A DNA stretch of 64,000 bases. Origin: Dehalococcoidia bacterium (GTDB taxonomy: Bacteria; Chloroflexota; Dehalococcoidia; Lucifugimonadales; UBA3495). Positions 25,709 through 35,817 of this stretch are shown piece after piece (positions within the stretch are counted from its first letter, which is position 1; each line of letters starts with the position of its first letter). The DNA lies in the NCBI GenBank assembly GCA_034423195.1, contig DAOUIZ010000051.1, positions 56,174 to 120,173 of the forward strand, given 5' to 3'. The notes beneath the pieces are model-generated. The model saw only the letters and a list, made by a program, of their open reading frames with translations. It ran no database searches and was not told where the DNA came from. Made by a program: the position numbers and the translations under genes.

Positions 25709-26482
25709 TTACATGACCGAGTAACCGCCGTCCACCGTGATTACCGCCCCGGTGATGTAGTCCGAAGCCGAGCTTGCCAGGAAGACGGCGGTTCCCTGCA
25801 ACTCCTTCGGGTCGCCCCAGCGGCCGGTGGGGATGCGCCGGCAGATAAGGTCGTAACGCTCCGGCTGCGTTGCCGGGACCGCCTCGGTAAGCTCCGTCAT
25901 GAACCATCCCGGCAGGATGGCGTTCGACTGGATGTTGTCCTTGGCCCACGCTACCGCGAGGCTCTTGGACAGCTGCACGACGCCTCCCTTGCTGGAAGAG
26001 TAGGGCGCTCCGCTGCCGCCGCCGCCGAAGATGGAAAACATCGACCCGATGTTGATCAGCTTTCCGCCTCCCCGCTCTTTCATTGCGGGGTACACCGCCC
26101 TGGCAGCCAGGAACGCCGCCCGCAGGTTGACGTCCAGCACGTGGTCCCACTCGTCGGCGGACAGGTCCTGGGGTTCCTTACGCATGGTGACCCCGGCGTT
26201 GTTTACCAGGATGTCGATGTGCCCGAAGGCTTCCAGGGTCTGCGTCACCATCGCGTCAATCTCGGATTCGCGAGTCACGTCCACCGGAATCCCCAAGGCC
26301 CGGGAACCCTCCGCTTCGATTTGGGCCAGCGCCGATGCCGTCTTGTCCGGGTTGCGGGCCGCCACCACAATGTCGGCTCCCGCTGCGGCCAATCCGGTCG
26401 CCATTGCCAGCCCCAGGCCCCCGTTTCCTCCCGTTACGATGGCCACCTTGCCTTCCAGGTCGAACAATTTGCTCGCGTCCAT
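25709..26482 (-). CDS. SDR-family oxidoreductase (KduD/gluconate 5-dehydrogenase-like)
   Basis: TGGNGGLG cofactor motif, NNAG, catalytic YSSSK. Confidence 0.9.
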   Translation of the reverse strand: MDASKLFDLEGKVAIVTGGNGGLGLAMATGLAAAGADIVVAARNPDKTASALAQIEAEGSRALGIPVDVTRESEIDAMVTQTLEAFGHIDILVNNAGVTMRKEPQDLSADEWDHVLDVNLRAAFLAARAVYPAMKERGGGKLINIGSMFSIFGGGGSGAPYSSSKGGVVQLSKSLAVAWAKDNIQSNAILPGWFMTELTEAVPATQPERYDLICRRIPTGRWGDPKELQGTAVFLASSASDYITGAVITVDGGYSVM

Positions 26483-26694
26483 ATCGGTTGCCTCCTTCGG
26501 CGTCAGGAACGGCCGGTCTCGGGAAAGACTCTAACACATCCGGGGAAACGGCTGAGGATTATGCGTCTGGAGTTTGGCGCTGCCGGACTCCCCGGAGGGA
26601 CGCATCCTCTATCCGGGAGCTATGATCGGTTTTCATCGGGGAAATGTCCGTTTTTCGTCACCCTCATTGCTTATTTGGAAAGGAGATTTTCAGC

Positions 26695-26724
26695 TTGACA
26701 CCCGAAAATTCTTTATGATACGTT
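26695..26724 (+). promoter_or_regulatory. sigma70-like promoter of hppA with extended -10
   Basis: TTGACA (26695-26700), then TGaTACGTT (26716-26724). GAAATGTCCGTTTTTCGTCA at 26641-26660 lies about 50 nt upstream and resembles 16115-16133. Confidence 0.4.
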
Positions 26725-26741
26725 GCCCACGCTCCAAAACC

Positions 26742-26765
26742 GGGCCCTGAACAGGGCCTTTTCTT
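26742..26765 (+). promoter_or_regulatory. terminator-like hairpin in the hppA leader
   Basis: Stem GGGCCCT, GAAC loop, stem AGGGCCT, then TTTCTT. Ends 18 nt before the ATG at 26783. No upstream gene on this strand needs a terminator here. Confidence 0.35.
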
Positions 26766-26782
26766 AATCCTGAGAGGTATCC

Positions 26783-28861
26783 ATGATTTCCATTATCGTA
26801 GCCTTGGTCGGCGGTGGGCTGGCCCTGGCCTTCGCCGCCGTCACGGCCATGCGGGTCTTGAAGGCCGACCCGGGTAACGAGACCATGACCTCCATCGGCG
26901 ACGCCATCAGGCAGGGAGCCGGAGCGTTTCTTCGCCGCGAGTACACCTCGCTGCTGCCCTTTGCCGCCGTGGTTGCCGTGGTCCTGGCCATCCTGGACTA
27001 CACCGTTTTCGATCACGGCCTGGCGGTCCCGGCGACCGCCATTTCCTACGTCGTCGGCACCATCTGTTCCGCCAGCGCTGGTTTCATCGGAATGAACATC
27101 GCGGTGCGGGCCAACGTCCGTACCGCCGCCGCTGCCATGACCGGCCTGAACCCCGCCCTGCGGGTTGCCTTCTCCAGCGGCACCGTGATGGGCGTCACCG
27201 TCGTCGGCATAGGTCTGCTGGGAGTCACCATCCTCTACCTCATCTTCCAGGACATCAGCGTGGTTGCGGGCTTCGGATTCGGGGCCAGCTCCATCGCCCT
27301 CTTTGCCCGCGTCGGGGGAGGCATCTTCACCAAGGCCGCCGACGTTGGATCCGACCTCGTCGGGAAGGTTGAAGCCGGAATCCCCGAGGATGACCCCCGC
27401 AATCCCGGGGTCATCGCCGACAACGTGGGCGACAACGTCGGCGACGTGGCCGGCATGGGCGCCGACCTCTTCGAGTCATACGTTGGCAGCATTATCTCCA
27501 CCGTTGCCCTGGCGGCGGCCAGCGCCACCGCCTTCCAGGTATTTGGCGACGCCGCGGTCTTCCCCATGCTGCTGGCCGGAGTGGGCATCTTGGCCGCCAT
27601 CCTGGGCACCTTCATCGTGCGGAGCGGCGAACAGGCCGATTTCGAGCGGCTGTTGTGGTCCCTGCGCTACGGCATATTTGCGGCGGGCGCCCTGCTCATT
27701 GTGTTTGCCGCCGTCCTGACCATCACCCTTACCCAGAACTGGTGGTGGTTCGGATGCGTCGTGGCCGGCCTGCTGGCCGGGACCATCATCGGCTTGGCCA
27801 CTGAATACTACACATCGTACAGCTACAGTCCGACGAAGAAGGTTTCCCAGTCATCCCAGACCGGCGCGGCCACCGTCATCATTAGCGGGATAGCCACCGG
27901 AATGATGAGCACCCTCATCCCCGTCGTTTGCGTGTCCGTCGCTATACTCCTGGCCTACTGGTTCGCCGGGTTCTACGGCGTTGCCCTGGCCGGGGTCGGC
28001 CTTCTTTCCACCCTCGGAATCACCCTGGCCACCGACGCCTACGGCCCGGTCGCTGACAACGCCGGCGGCATCGCGGAACAGGCCAACCTGGAACCCCAGG
28101 TACGGGAGAGGACCGATGCCCTCGATGCCCTGGGCAACACGACGGCTGCCACCGGCAAGGGTTTTGCCATCGGCTCCGCCGCGTTGACCGCCCTGGCGTT
28201 GCTGGCCGCCTACTCGGTTAACGCTGACCTGATTACCCTGGATGCTGATGGCAGGCTGGCGGCCGGAGGCGAGGGCATCAACGTCCTCCGTCCGCAAATC
28301 CTGGTGGGTCTCGTCATCGGGGCCATGCTGCCCTTCATTTTCTCGGCCCTCACCATGCAGGCGGTGGGCCGGGCCGCCCAGGGAATAGTAGATGAAGTCC
28401 GGCGCCAGTTCCGTGAAATCCCCGGTCTGATGGAGGGAACTGCCAAGCCCGATTCAGCCCGGTGCGTGGACATCAGCACCCGTAGTGCCTTGCGCGAGAT
28501 GGTCGTCCCCGGCATCATGGCGGTTCTCGCCCCCATTGCCACAGGGTTCATCCTCGGCGAGGCTGCCCTGGCGGGAATGCTCATCGGATCGGTCGCTTCC
28601 GGTTTCATGCTGGCCATCATGATGGCCAGCGCCGGCGGGTCCTGGGACAACGCCAAGAAATACGTCGAGCTGGGCAACTTTGGCGGCAAGGGTTCCGACG
28701 CTCACAAGGCCGCTGTTGAGGGCGATGTCGTGGGCGACCCCTTCAAGGACACCTCCGGGCCTTCCCTGAACATCCTGCTCAAGCTCATGGCCATCGTATC
28801 CCTGGTTTTCGCCCCCGCCTTCGTCGCAGTCACCCCGTTGATTGACTTCCTGCTCGGCTAG
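26783..28861 (+). CDS. hppA: membrane-bound ion-translocating pyrophosphatase, K+-dependent type
   Basis: [19 protein letters not shown] and [31 protein letters not shown] has Ala at the K+-dependence position. 692 aa, polytopic. Confidence 0.95.
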   Translation: MISIIVALVGGGLALAFAAVTAMRVLKADPGNETMTSIGDAIRQGAGAFLRREYTSLLPFAAVVAVVLAILDYTVFDHGLAVPATAISYVVGTICSASAGFIGMNIAVRANVRTAAAAMTGLNPALRVAFSSGTVMGVTVVGIGLLGVTILYLIFQDISVVAGFGFGASSIALFARVGGGIFTKAADVGSDLVGKVEAGIPEDDPRNPGVIADNVGDNVGDVAGMGADLFESYVGSIISTVALAAASATAFQVFGDAAVFPMLLAGVGILAAILGTFIVRSGEQADFERLLWSLRYGIFAAGALLIVFAAVLTITLTQNWWWFGCVVAGLLAGTIIGLATEYYTSYSYSPTKKVSQSSQTGAATVIISGIATGMMSTLIPVVCVSVAILLAYWFAGFYGVALAGVGLLSTLGITLATDAYGPVADNAGGIAEQANLEPQVRERTDALDALGNTTAATGKGFAIGSAALTALALLAAYSVNADLITLDADGRLAAGGEGINVLRPQILVGLVIGAMLPFIFSALTMQAVGRAAQGIVDEVRRQFREIPGLMEGTAKPDSARCVDISTRSALREMVVPGIMAVLAPIATGFILGEAALAGMLIGSVASGFMLAIMMASAGGSWDNAKKYVELGNFGGKGSDAHKAAVEGDVVGDPFKDTSGPSLNILLKLMAIVSLVFAPAFVAVTPLIDFLLG

Positions 28862-28884
28862 CAACCCACCGGAGCTAAAACCAC

Positions 28885-28910
28885 GACGGCCCGCTGAATT
28901 GCGGGCCGTC
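28885..28910. terminator. bidirectional terminator hairpin
   Basis: Stem GACGGCCCGC, loop tgaatt, stem GCGGGCCGTC, followed by TCTCTCTTTGGG. Lies between convergent hppA and the phosphoesterase gene. Confidence 0.6.
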
Positions 28911-28961
28911 TCTCTTTGGGCCGGTTGCCGGTGTGAGATAGGGGAACGAAGGCTTCCTCGT

Positions 28962-29516
28962 TCAGGCCAGTTGTATGATCTGCGGGTACACCGCCCCGTC
29001 GGTAATCTCCAGCATCCCCAACGTCCCCAGGGATCCCGGCGAATGGCGCCGGCCGGGATAGGTGGGACTCCCCGGGTTCAGGAACAGGACTCCGCCGTAG
29101 TGGCAGATAAGCTCCTCGTGGGTGTCCCCGAACAGCAGGACATCCACCCGCTCCCCGAATCTCTTCTCCAGCCGGGCTGCGATATCCCCTTCGGGAAAGG
29201 CCAGCATCGTGCCGTCGCCGCTCGTTGTAATCCCGGTGGAAGGCCATTGGATGTCATGGACCATACCGATGTTGACCCCCTCCACGGTCACCACCCGGGT
29301 CGTGAAGGCCAGCCGTTCCCCCGTTTCCGTGGGGTCCTCATATCCCCGGACCGCCAGCACCGGAGCGACGGTTTCCAGGTAGTCCAGGACCCCCAGGCAT
29401 TCCAGGTCGCCGCAGTGCAGGATAAGGTCTGCGTCTTGCAGACCGCGCAGCACCGGCTCGGGCAGGTCCCGCCCGCTGCCGGCGGAATGGGTGTCGGATA
29501 TGACGCCAATCTTCAA
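28962..29516 (-). CDS. YfcE/MJ0936-family metallophosphoesterase
   Basis: MKIGVISDTHS, ILHCGDL and GMVHD motifs. 184 aa. Confidence 0.85.
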   Translation of the reverse strand: MKIGVISDTHSAGSGRDLPEPVLRGLQDADLILHCGDLECLGVLDYLETVAPVLAVRGYEDPTETGERLAFTTRVVTVEGVNIGMVHDIQWPSTGITTSGDGTMLAFPEGDIAARLEKRFGERVDVLLFGDTHEELICHYGGVLFLNPGSPTYPGRRHSPGSLGTLGMLEITDGAVYPQIIQLA

Positions 29517-29531
29517 CGGGCTGGCTCCCCG

Positions 29532-30575
29532 TTAAACTCCGCCGGAATCCGGCGCCAGCGCCTCCAGCGTCCGCATGATGGCGGTCTCGGACGAGCCGTG
29601 GGGAAATGCCACCACTGGCATATCCGCCCCCGCGTCCCGGAATCCCTGCAGCTTCCGCCGGCAGGCGGAAGCGTCCCCCAGAACGGCGATGTTGTCCAGC
29701 ATGTCCTCGGTGACCAGGGACGCGGCCTTGGCCCGGTCCCCCTCTGACCACGCCGCCCTGATGGCCTCGGCCTCGGATTCGTACCCGTAGCGGCAGAACA
29801 GGTTGAAGTAGTAGGTCCCCATCCCCCCGACGTAATAGGCCATGTGCCCCCGGACATTGGCCTCGGCTCTGGCCAGTTCCTCCGGATCATCGGTGGCGTA
29901 GCAGAGGATTTGCGGCGCGACGGTGAGCTGGCTGACCGACCGGCCGACCCGTTCCGCCGCATCGCCGACAGCGCCTTTCATTTCCGGCAAATGGCCCCGG
30001 TGCGTCCATACCGGCAGCCAGCCGTCGGCCAGTTGCCCGGTCAATTCCAGGTTCCGCGGCCCCAGGCTGGCCAGGAAAATCGGGACACTCTCCTGCACAG
30101 GGGAGGTCGCCATGCGGAAACGGGCCAGTTGGAATATCTCGCCTTGGTGGTTGACTCGCGAACCCGCCAGGGCTTGCCGGATGATCTCGATATACTCCCG
30201 GGTCCGTTGCAGGGGGCGCTGGAATCCGACGCCGTGCCAGTCCTCGATGACTATCCGCCCGCTGGTGCCCAGTCCCAGGGTTGCCCTCCCTTTGGAGATC
30301 TGGTCCAGGGAAGCTATACTCTGGGCGATCATCGCGGGCGTCCGGCTGAACACGGTGACAATCCCTGTCCCCAGGCGGAGCCTTTCCGTATGGCAGGCCA
30401 GCATCGTCAGGATGGTGAAGGCGTCGCGGCCCCACGACTCCCCGGTAAAGAAAGTGTCGTAGCCTAGGGCCTCCGCCTTCTGAGCCACCGAAATCAGTTC
30501 CTCGTCGGTGGAGTCCTGGCGGCTGCTGAAGGCTAGGCCGGTGCGTTCCGTTGGCATAAGGTTAACTTCGTCCAC
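29532..30575 (-). CDS. LLM-class (luciferase-like) flavin/F420-dependent oxidoreductase
   Basis: AEALGYDTFFTGESWGRDAF...LRLGTGIVTVFSRTPAMIAQSIASLDQISKGRATLGLG is typical of the family. Alternative ATG start at 30557. Confidence 0.85.
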   Translation of the reverse strand: MDEVNLMPTERTGLAFSSRQDSTDEELISVAQKAEALGYDTFFTGESWGRDAFTILTMLACHTERLRLGTGIVTVFSRTPAMIAQSIASLDQISKGRATLGLGTSGRIVIEDWHGVGFQRPLQRTREYIEIIRQALAGSRVNHQGEIFQLARFRMATSPVQESVPIFLASLGPRNLELTGQLADGWLPVWTHRGHLPEMKGAVGDAAERVGRSVSQLTVAPQILCYATDDPEELARAEANVRGHMAYYVGGMGTYYFNLFCRYGYESEAEAIRAAWSEGDRAKAASLVTEDMLDNIAVLGDASACRRKLQGFRDAGADMPVVAFPHGSSETAIMRTLEALAPDSGGV

Positions 30576-30650
30576 GTCCTGGCAAAAATTGGCCGGTGCT
30601 GCTCTTGGAGGGGCCGGTGATGAATCCCGAAGGGTGGACGGGACGCCGGA

Positions 30651-31226
30651 TCAGTTCCTGTTTTCCCACAGGCTGAAATAGTCCGGGGACTCACTGGCCA
30701 GCGCTTCGGAAAGTTCCATCTGGTTGACCTCCTGCAGCGCCTGGTTTTCCTGCCGCACCAGCCGCAGCAGGATGTCCTTCCATTCTTCCATCCGCGGCTG
30801 GTCGGGAAAGGTTCCGAGCAATTCCTGCACGGAGTCGATCAGCTTCTCGGAATGCATGGCCAGGGCTCCCCCGCTGATTACGAACACCACAATCGACGGG
30901 ACCTCCTCTTCATCCTCGTAGTCAATCCCCAGCCGGTCCAGAATGCAGTTCATGGCCACCGCCCGGATCGTCTCCTCCAGCCGTAGCGGCAGGTTCATCA
31001 GGTGCGCGAAGGGAAACTGGTTCTCCTGGCGCACCGTGAACGAAAATTCCTGCTCCAGCGTTTCGTAGAAGGTCTCTCCAAACACCTGCCCGGTTTCCAG
31101 CAGGGTCACCGCCGGGGTGCCCAGCCTCAGGTCAATCACCAGGAATTCCCTCAGATGGGGAAAGATATAAATCTGGATGTCAGGATGCTCCCCCTCGGGA
31201 AGGTACCCCTTGAACATATCATCCAT
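30651..31226 (-). CDS. hypothetical protein
   Basis: 191-aa acidic ORF. No motif recognised. Confidence 0.5.
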   Translation of the reverse strand: MDDMFKGYLPEGEHPDIQIYIFPHLREFLVIDLRLGTPAVTLLETGQVFGETFYETLEQEFSFTVRQENQFPFAHLMNLPLRLEETIRAVAMNCILDRLGIDYEDEEEVPSIVVFVISGGALAMHSEKLIDSVQELLGTFPDQPRMEEWKDILLRLVRQENQALQEVNQMELSEALASESPDYFSLWENRN

Positions 31227-31405
31227 GGGAAGTCGCCCTCCTATTCATCCCAACCTCCAGCGAAACGCCAACCCGTTAAGTAACAATGCGGCGGAAGTGA
31301 TGGCCCAACTCCGGTTCCCCCATTTGCCCGCTGGTGGAGAGAACCGTTCTCCTGCCGGGCACCGGCATCACCCGGGAAGCCTCACCCTGCCGCCGGCTTC
31401 AGCCC

Positions 31406-32896
31406 CTAGAGCAAGCTCCCAATGTCTTCCAGTTGCCGCGTCAGCCAGTGCCGGATGTCTCCTTCCTGCACCTTCCTGGACAGCGCCTCCGCCCGGACCC
31501 GCCTCTCCTCGGAAGACATGGTAATCGCCTGGTACAGGGCGTCCGTCGTCCCTTCCACGTCCGTTGGCGCCACCGCCAACGCCTCCCCGGCCATCTCGTT
31601 ATAGGCCCCGCTGGTCTCGGACAGGACCACCACCCCATCCCTGGTATTCACTACCGGCCCTTCCTTGGCCACCAGGTTCATCCCGTCGATGATCGGATTC
31701 ACCAGCAGCACGTCGTACAGCTTCATCCCGGCGATGGCTTGAGTGTAGTTGTTCTCCATGAACGGCCGGATTGGCTGCCAGTCCTGCGTTCCGTGGTTGT
31801 GGTTGACCTGGTTGATCAGACCCTCGATCTCCTCCATGTACCTCTGGTACTGCCGGATGTGGGTCCGGGACGGCACCAGGAACGCCCAGAAAGTCACCTT
31901 CCCGTGCAGCTCCGGGTGGCGGGAGAGGAGCAGATCGTAGGCCCGGAACCCCCTGATTACGTTCTTGTTGGGCTCGGCCCGGTCAATGCGGACAATCGTC
32001 GCCTCGTTCAGGTAGGGCCGCAGCCGACCTTCGTATTCCGTGGCCCTGGGAGAGTTGGCGATCCGCCGCACCTCCTCCACGTTTATCGAAGTCGGATAGA
32101 CCCCCACCCGGGTGCGCTGGTCTTCCAGCAGGACCTCGTTCCTGGACCGGTCCACCTCCGCCCCCGGAAGGAACTCCTCGACCGAATCAAGGAAACTCTG
32201 CCGGTCCTGGGGGGTCTGGAAGCCCACCATATCCGCGTGGCAAAGCGCGGCGCAGACGCTGCGCACCATGAACCTCGGCACCATCTGCCAGTACCGGGGA
32301 GTCGGCCAGGGAATGTGTACGTAGTGGTGGATCAACGCCCCGGGAAGCTCCTTCCGGACCATCTCCGGCAGGAGGTACATGTGATAGTCCTGGACGACCA
32401 CCACCGGCGGTTTGCCGCTCTCCCTGGCTTCTTCCACCACCTGCTTGGCGAAGGCCTGGTTTACCGGAACGTACCCGGTCTCCCAGGCGTTGTGGACGCT
32501 TGCGTCCACCGTCGGGTTGTAGGGAGGGTTCCACATATAGTGCTGCAGGAACCACAACAGCGGGTTGCACACCACGTTGTAGTACTTGTGGTACACCCGA
32601 CGCGGCGTCACCACGTAGCGCAGGTCAATCTTGTGGTTGGGCAGCGGGGACTTGACCTTTGGCCCCGCTCCGTTGTTGGAAACGGCCCGGTCTCCCTCTC
32701 CCATGGCGCTGGAAATCCAGGTGAACGGAGCGGTCTGCGCCAGGACGTTCAGGGCGGTGACAATGTTTCCGCTGCCGCGGCGCGGTTCGGGACGGCCTTC
32801 CGGGGAAACATGGAATTCCACCGGGCCCCGGTTGCTGGCCACAATCAACGACCGGTGCGCCAGTATCTCTTCGCACAGCTGATTCAAGTCAGCCAT
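31406..32896 (-). CDS. otsA: alpha,alpha-trehalose-phosphate synthase (GT20)
   Basis: LIVASNRGP N-terminal motif, VQDYHMYLLP, and a GMNLVAKEG-type C-terminal motif. Start trimmed to MADLNQL. Confidence 0.9.
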   Translation of the reverse strand: MADLNQLCEEILAHRSLIVASNRGPVEFHVSPEGRPEPRRGSGNIVTALNVLAQTAPFTWISSAMGEGDRAVSNNGAGPKVKSPLPNHKIDLRYVVTPRRVYHKYYNVVCNPLLWFLQHYMWNPPYNPTVDASVHNAWETGYVPVNQAFAKQVVEEARESGKPPVVVVQDYHMYLLPEMVRKELPGALIHHYVHIPWPTPRYWQMVPRFMVRSVCAALCHADMVGFQTPQDRQSFLDSVEEFLPGAEVDRSRNEVLLEDQRTRVGVYPTSINVEEVRRIANSPRATEYEGRLRPYLNEATIVRIDRAEPNKNVIRGFRAYDLLLSRHPELHGKVTFWAFLVPSRTHIRQYQRYMEEIEGLINQVNHNHGTQDWQPIRPFMENNYTQAIAGMKLYDVLLVNPIIDGMNLVAKEGPVVNTRDGVVVLSETSGAYNEMAGEALAVAPTDVEGTTDALYQAITMSSEERRVRAEALSRKVQEGDIRHWLTRQLEDIGSLL

Positions 32897-33029
32897 TCCA
32901 GTCCTCGCTCGGACCCGGCGCCCGTATCGGTCCAGTGGTAGGCCATTCCGCATTTCTGGCCCTTACCCACCGGTAAACGTCATTTGAACGCCCGTATCAG
33001 GACGCGTTCAATCCCTTCGTACTCAATTC

Positions 33030-33058
33030 AGATTATCTGCCGCCCATGGGGTTGTCAA
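33030..33058 (-). promoter_or_regulatory. sigma70-like promoter of otsA
   Basis: On the minus strand: TTGACA (33058-33053), 17-nt spacer, TAATCT (33035-33030). Confidence 0.45.
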
Positions 33059-33167
33059 GCAAATCCTCCGGCCCGGCCCTGCCGGAAAACCGGAGCAATA
33101 CCATGCTGCCGCAGGGACAATCCCTCCCGGTTCATCCCCCTTCTGACAGCCTCATCGCGGCGGGTTA

Positions 33168-33944
33168 TCAGGTTGCGGTTCTCCCGCTCCGGGCCAGGTT
33201 CAGGATAACGGCTGGCACCTCCGACAGGTTGGACACCGACGCGTCGGGGTGGCATTCCGGCGGGACCTCGTCGGGCCGCTCCGAGAAGCCCGCGATCCAG
33301 ACTGCCCGCATCCCCACCTTCTTGGCCCCGAAGATGTCATGGACGAATTGGTCCCCGATATGCGCCGACTCCCCGGGCGCCGCCTCCAGTTGCTCCAGGG
33401 TCGAGGTGAAGGGGATAGCCCCCGGCTTGCACTGTTGCAGTTCGTCCGAAAAGGTCAGAACGTCGAAGAATTCGATCATTCCGTGTTGCCGCAGGAACTC
33501 CCGGAACGTGACCCCCGGCGTCATCGCCGTGTTGGAAATCAACCCCATCCGAAACCCCTGCTCCTTCAGGCCGGCCAGGACGTCCATGGCCGCCGGGTGC
33601 GGCTCGGGCGGCAGGTCCAGGAAGGCGTCGGAATAGACGTGCTGTATCTCCCGGATGACATCCTCTTCCAGCCGGTCCGGCAGTCCCTCGTCGATGCTGC
33701 GGATGAACCTGTCCACCTGCTCCGGGAAGCTCAGGTCCCGGTGCTGTTCCCGGACCTGCCGGCAATAAAGGATGCAGTCCTGGTACGCCTGTCGGATCCG
33801 GTCCATGCCATGAGATTCCCCAACCCGGCGGAGGGCGGCATCCGTCCCCGTCAGGCGCATTTCGCTCCTCGTGCGCCCGCGCTCCGGCGTGTCCAGCAAG
33901 AGCGTCTGCCATAAATCGAAGGTTACGGTGGTTAATTCGCCCAA
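33168..33944 (-). CDS. HAD-superfamily hydrolase (subfamily IA)
   Basis: Motif I TFDLWQTLL, motif II ISNT, motifs III/IV HIGDQFVHDIFGAKKVGMRAVWI. TTG start. Confidence 0.8.
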   Translation of the reverse strand: MGELTTVTFDLWQTLLLDTPERGRTRSEMRLTGTDAALRRVGESHGMDRIRQAYQDCILYCRQVREQHRDLSFPEQVDRFIRSIDEGLPDRLEEDVIREIQHVYSDAFLDLPPEPHPAAMDVLAGLKEQGFRMGLISNTAMTPGVTFREFLRQHGMIEFFDVLTFSDELQQCKPGAIPFTSTLEQLEAAPGESAHIGDQFVHDIFGAKKVGMRAVWIAGFSERPDEVPPECHPDASVSNLSEVPAVILNLARSGRTAT

Positions 33945-33990
33945 CTTGCCCGCCCCCGCAGCTTCCCTGGTCGTCTTGACAGTCCCTGCC

Positions 33991-35412
33991 CTAGATCGGC
34001 GGCCTTCTCCGGTGCCAGTCCGTTGCCTGCTCGTAGGCGTGCGCGGTTCTCAACACCGTGGCTTCGTCGAAAGCCCGTCCCGCCAGTTGAAGCCCGATGG
34101 GCAGCCCATCCTGGGAAAATCCGCATGGCACCGAGATTGCCGGCGACCCGGTGATGTTGTACGGTCGGGTGTACTGGGTCAATGCCGCCGTTGTTCCGAT
34201 GGATACTTCGCCGGCCTGGACCTCCTGGGCCAGGATTTGCGGTGCCGTCACCGGCTCCGTGGGTCCCGCCAGCAGGTCCACCGTCTCGAACAGCCGCCGG
34301 ACCGCCCGGTTGAACTCCGACCTTCCCTGCTGCGCCTTGAGATAGTCCGCCGCTGACACGAACAGCCCCGCCTCCAGCCGCAGCCGCACCGGCGGGTAGA
34401 TTTTGTCAGCGTCCCGTTTCAGCAGGTCCCGGTGGCAGGCCGAGGCCTCCGACATCAACACCGTCCCGGAAACCGCCTGGGCATACTCGAACATGGGAAA
34501 ATCAACTTCCGAGACCGTTGCTCCCAGCTCTTCCAGCAGCCCAACCGCTTCACGGACCGCCTGTCCCACCCCGGGGTCCAGGGGAGCGGTGAAATACTCC
34601 CTGGGAACGCCAATCCGCAGGCCCTCGATGTCCCCGGTCAGGGCCGCCGTGTAGTCGGGTACCTCAACCCTGGCCGATCCGGGGTCTTCCGGGTCGTATC
34701 CCGCCACCGTGTTCATCACCAGGGCGGCGTCTTCCACCGTCCTCACCATCGGACCGGGATGGTCCATGCTCCACGACAGCGGGGTCAACCCCGACCGGCT
34801 GACCAGCCCGTAGGTGGGCTTCAGGCCGACGATTCCGCACAGGGCCGCCGGAATCCTGACCGACCCTCCCGTATCGCTTCCCATTGCTATGGTGCATTGT
34901 CCTGCGGCGGGCGCCGACCCCGAGCCGCCGCTTGACCCACCCGTGATCATCTCCGGGTTCCAGGGATTATGCATGTGCCCGTAGTCCGCGTTCTCCCCGG
35001 TGGGGCCGTAGGCGAAGGGGTGCATGTTCAGCTTGCCCAGCAGGATAGCTCCTGCCTGGTGAAACCTGGCTGCCACGGTGCAGTCCCGGTCCGGCAGGTA
35101 GTTGTCGAAAATTCGGGAACCGGAAGTCGTTCTGACCCCGGCCGTGTTGTACAGGTCCTTCAACCCAACCGGGATGCCGTGCAGCGGCCCCCGGTAGTTG
35201 CCCCTGAGGATCTCGGCCTCCGCCCTTCTGGCCGAAGCCTTGGCCTCCTCCGCCAGCAGGGTGATGAACGAGTTGAGGACGCCTTCGGTGGCGCCGATGC
35301 GTTCCAGGTGGGCGTCAATCACCTCCACCGGGGAAACTTCCCGGTTCTGAATCAGGGGGGCCAGTTGCCCCGCGCTGGCGTAGCAAAGTTCGAGGCCGTC
35401 CATATCCCTCAC
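33991..35412 (-). CDS. amidase-signature (GatA/AtzE-like) amidohydrolase
   Basis: Gly/Ser-rich signature ITGGSSGGSGSAPAAG, GSDTGGSVRIPAA, and Lys in GIPVGLKD. 473 aa. Confidence 0.9.
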   Translation of the reverse strand: MRDMDGLELCYASAGQLAPLIQNREVSPVEVIDAHLERIGATEGVLNSFITLLAEEAKASARRAEAEILRGNYRGPLHGIPVGLKDLYNTAGVRTTSGSRIFDNYLPDRDCTVAARFHQAGAILLGKLNMHPFAYGPTGENADYGHMHNPWNPEMITGGSSGGSGSAPAAGQCTIAMGSDTGGSVRIPAALCGIVGLKPTYGLVSRSGLTPLSWSMDHPGPMVRTVEDAALVMNTVAGYDPEDPGSARVEVPDYTAALTGDIEGLRIGVPREYFTAPLDPGVGQAVREAVGLLEELGATVSEVDFPMFEYAQAVSGTVLMSEASACHRDLLKRDADKIYPPVRLRLEAGLFVSAADYLKAQQGRSEFNRAVRRLFETVDLLAGPTEPVTAPQILAQEVQAGEVSIGTTAALTQYTRPYNITGSPAISVPCGFSQDGLPIGLQLAGRAFDEATVLRTAHAYEQATDWHRRRPPI

Positions 35413-35606
35413 CCCTCCCGATTGGCAATGAACGCCATGTCCGGCTCCGCGTTGCTGGTGTCCATCTCCCTCAGCGCGGCCAGTCCCCGGAGAGCGTTAT
35501 CTACATAGGGGAACAGTTCTTCCATGTGCGGGTCTTCGGTATTCAGTCCTGCCTCTCCCGCCAGGTACAGGAACGTTTCCCAGGATAGCTGGTCCGGTTC
35601 GGCCAT
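35409..35606 (-). CDS. small acidic protein translationally coupled to the amidase (GatC/AtzG-like candidate)
   Basis: 65-aa ORF whose TGA overlaps the amidase GTG (GTGA). Size and position match the small partner subunits of AtzE-type amidases. Confidence 0.55.
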   Translation of the reverse strand: MAEPDQLSWETFLYLAGEAGLNTEDPHMEELFPYVDNALRGLAALREMDTSNAEPDMAFIANREG

Positions 35607-35817
35607 CGTTCCTCCGTGTCAACGCCGTGCTTTACCCTTCGCCGGAAGAAAACCCCTTGAAGATCGGCGCACCGTCCTCCAATTATTGCCGACCCTCTCT
35701 ATCATAGCAACCGCCCCCTCTTCCATCCGGCTTGTCCCTCCGCGTCAATTGATATACTCGGAAGACTCCGCCGCCCCGAGTCTGTTCCTGCGGCGCCCCA
35801 CCGGAGAAGATGATGCC

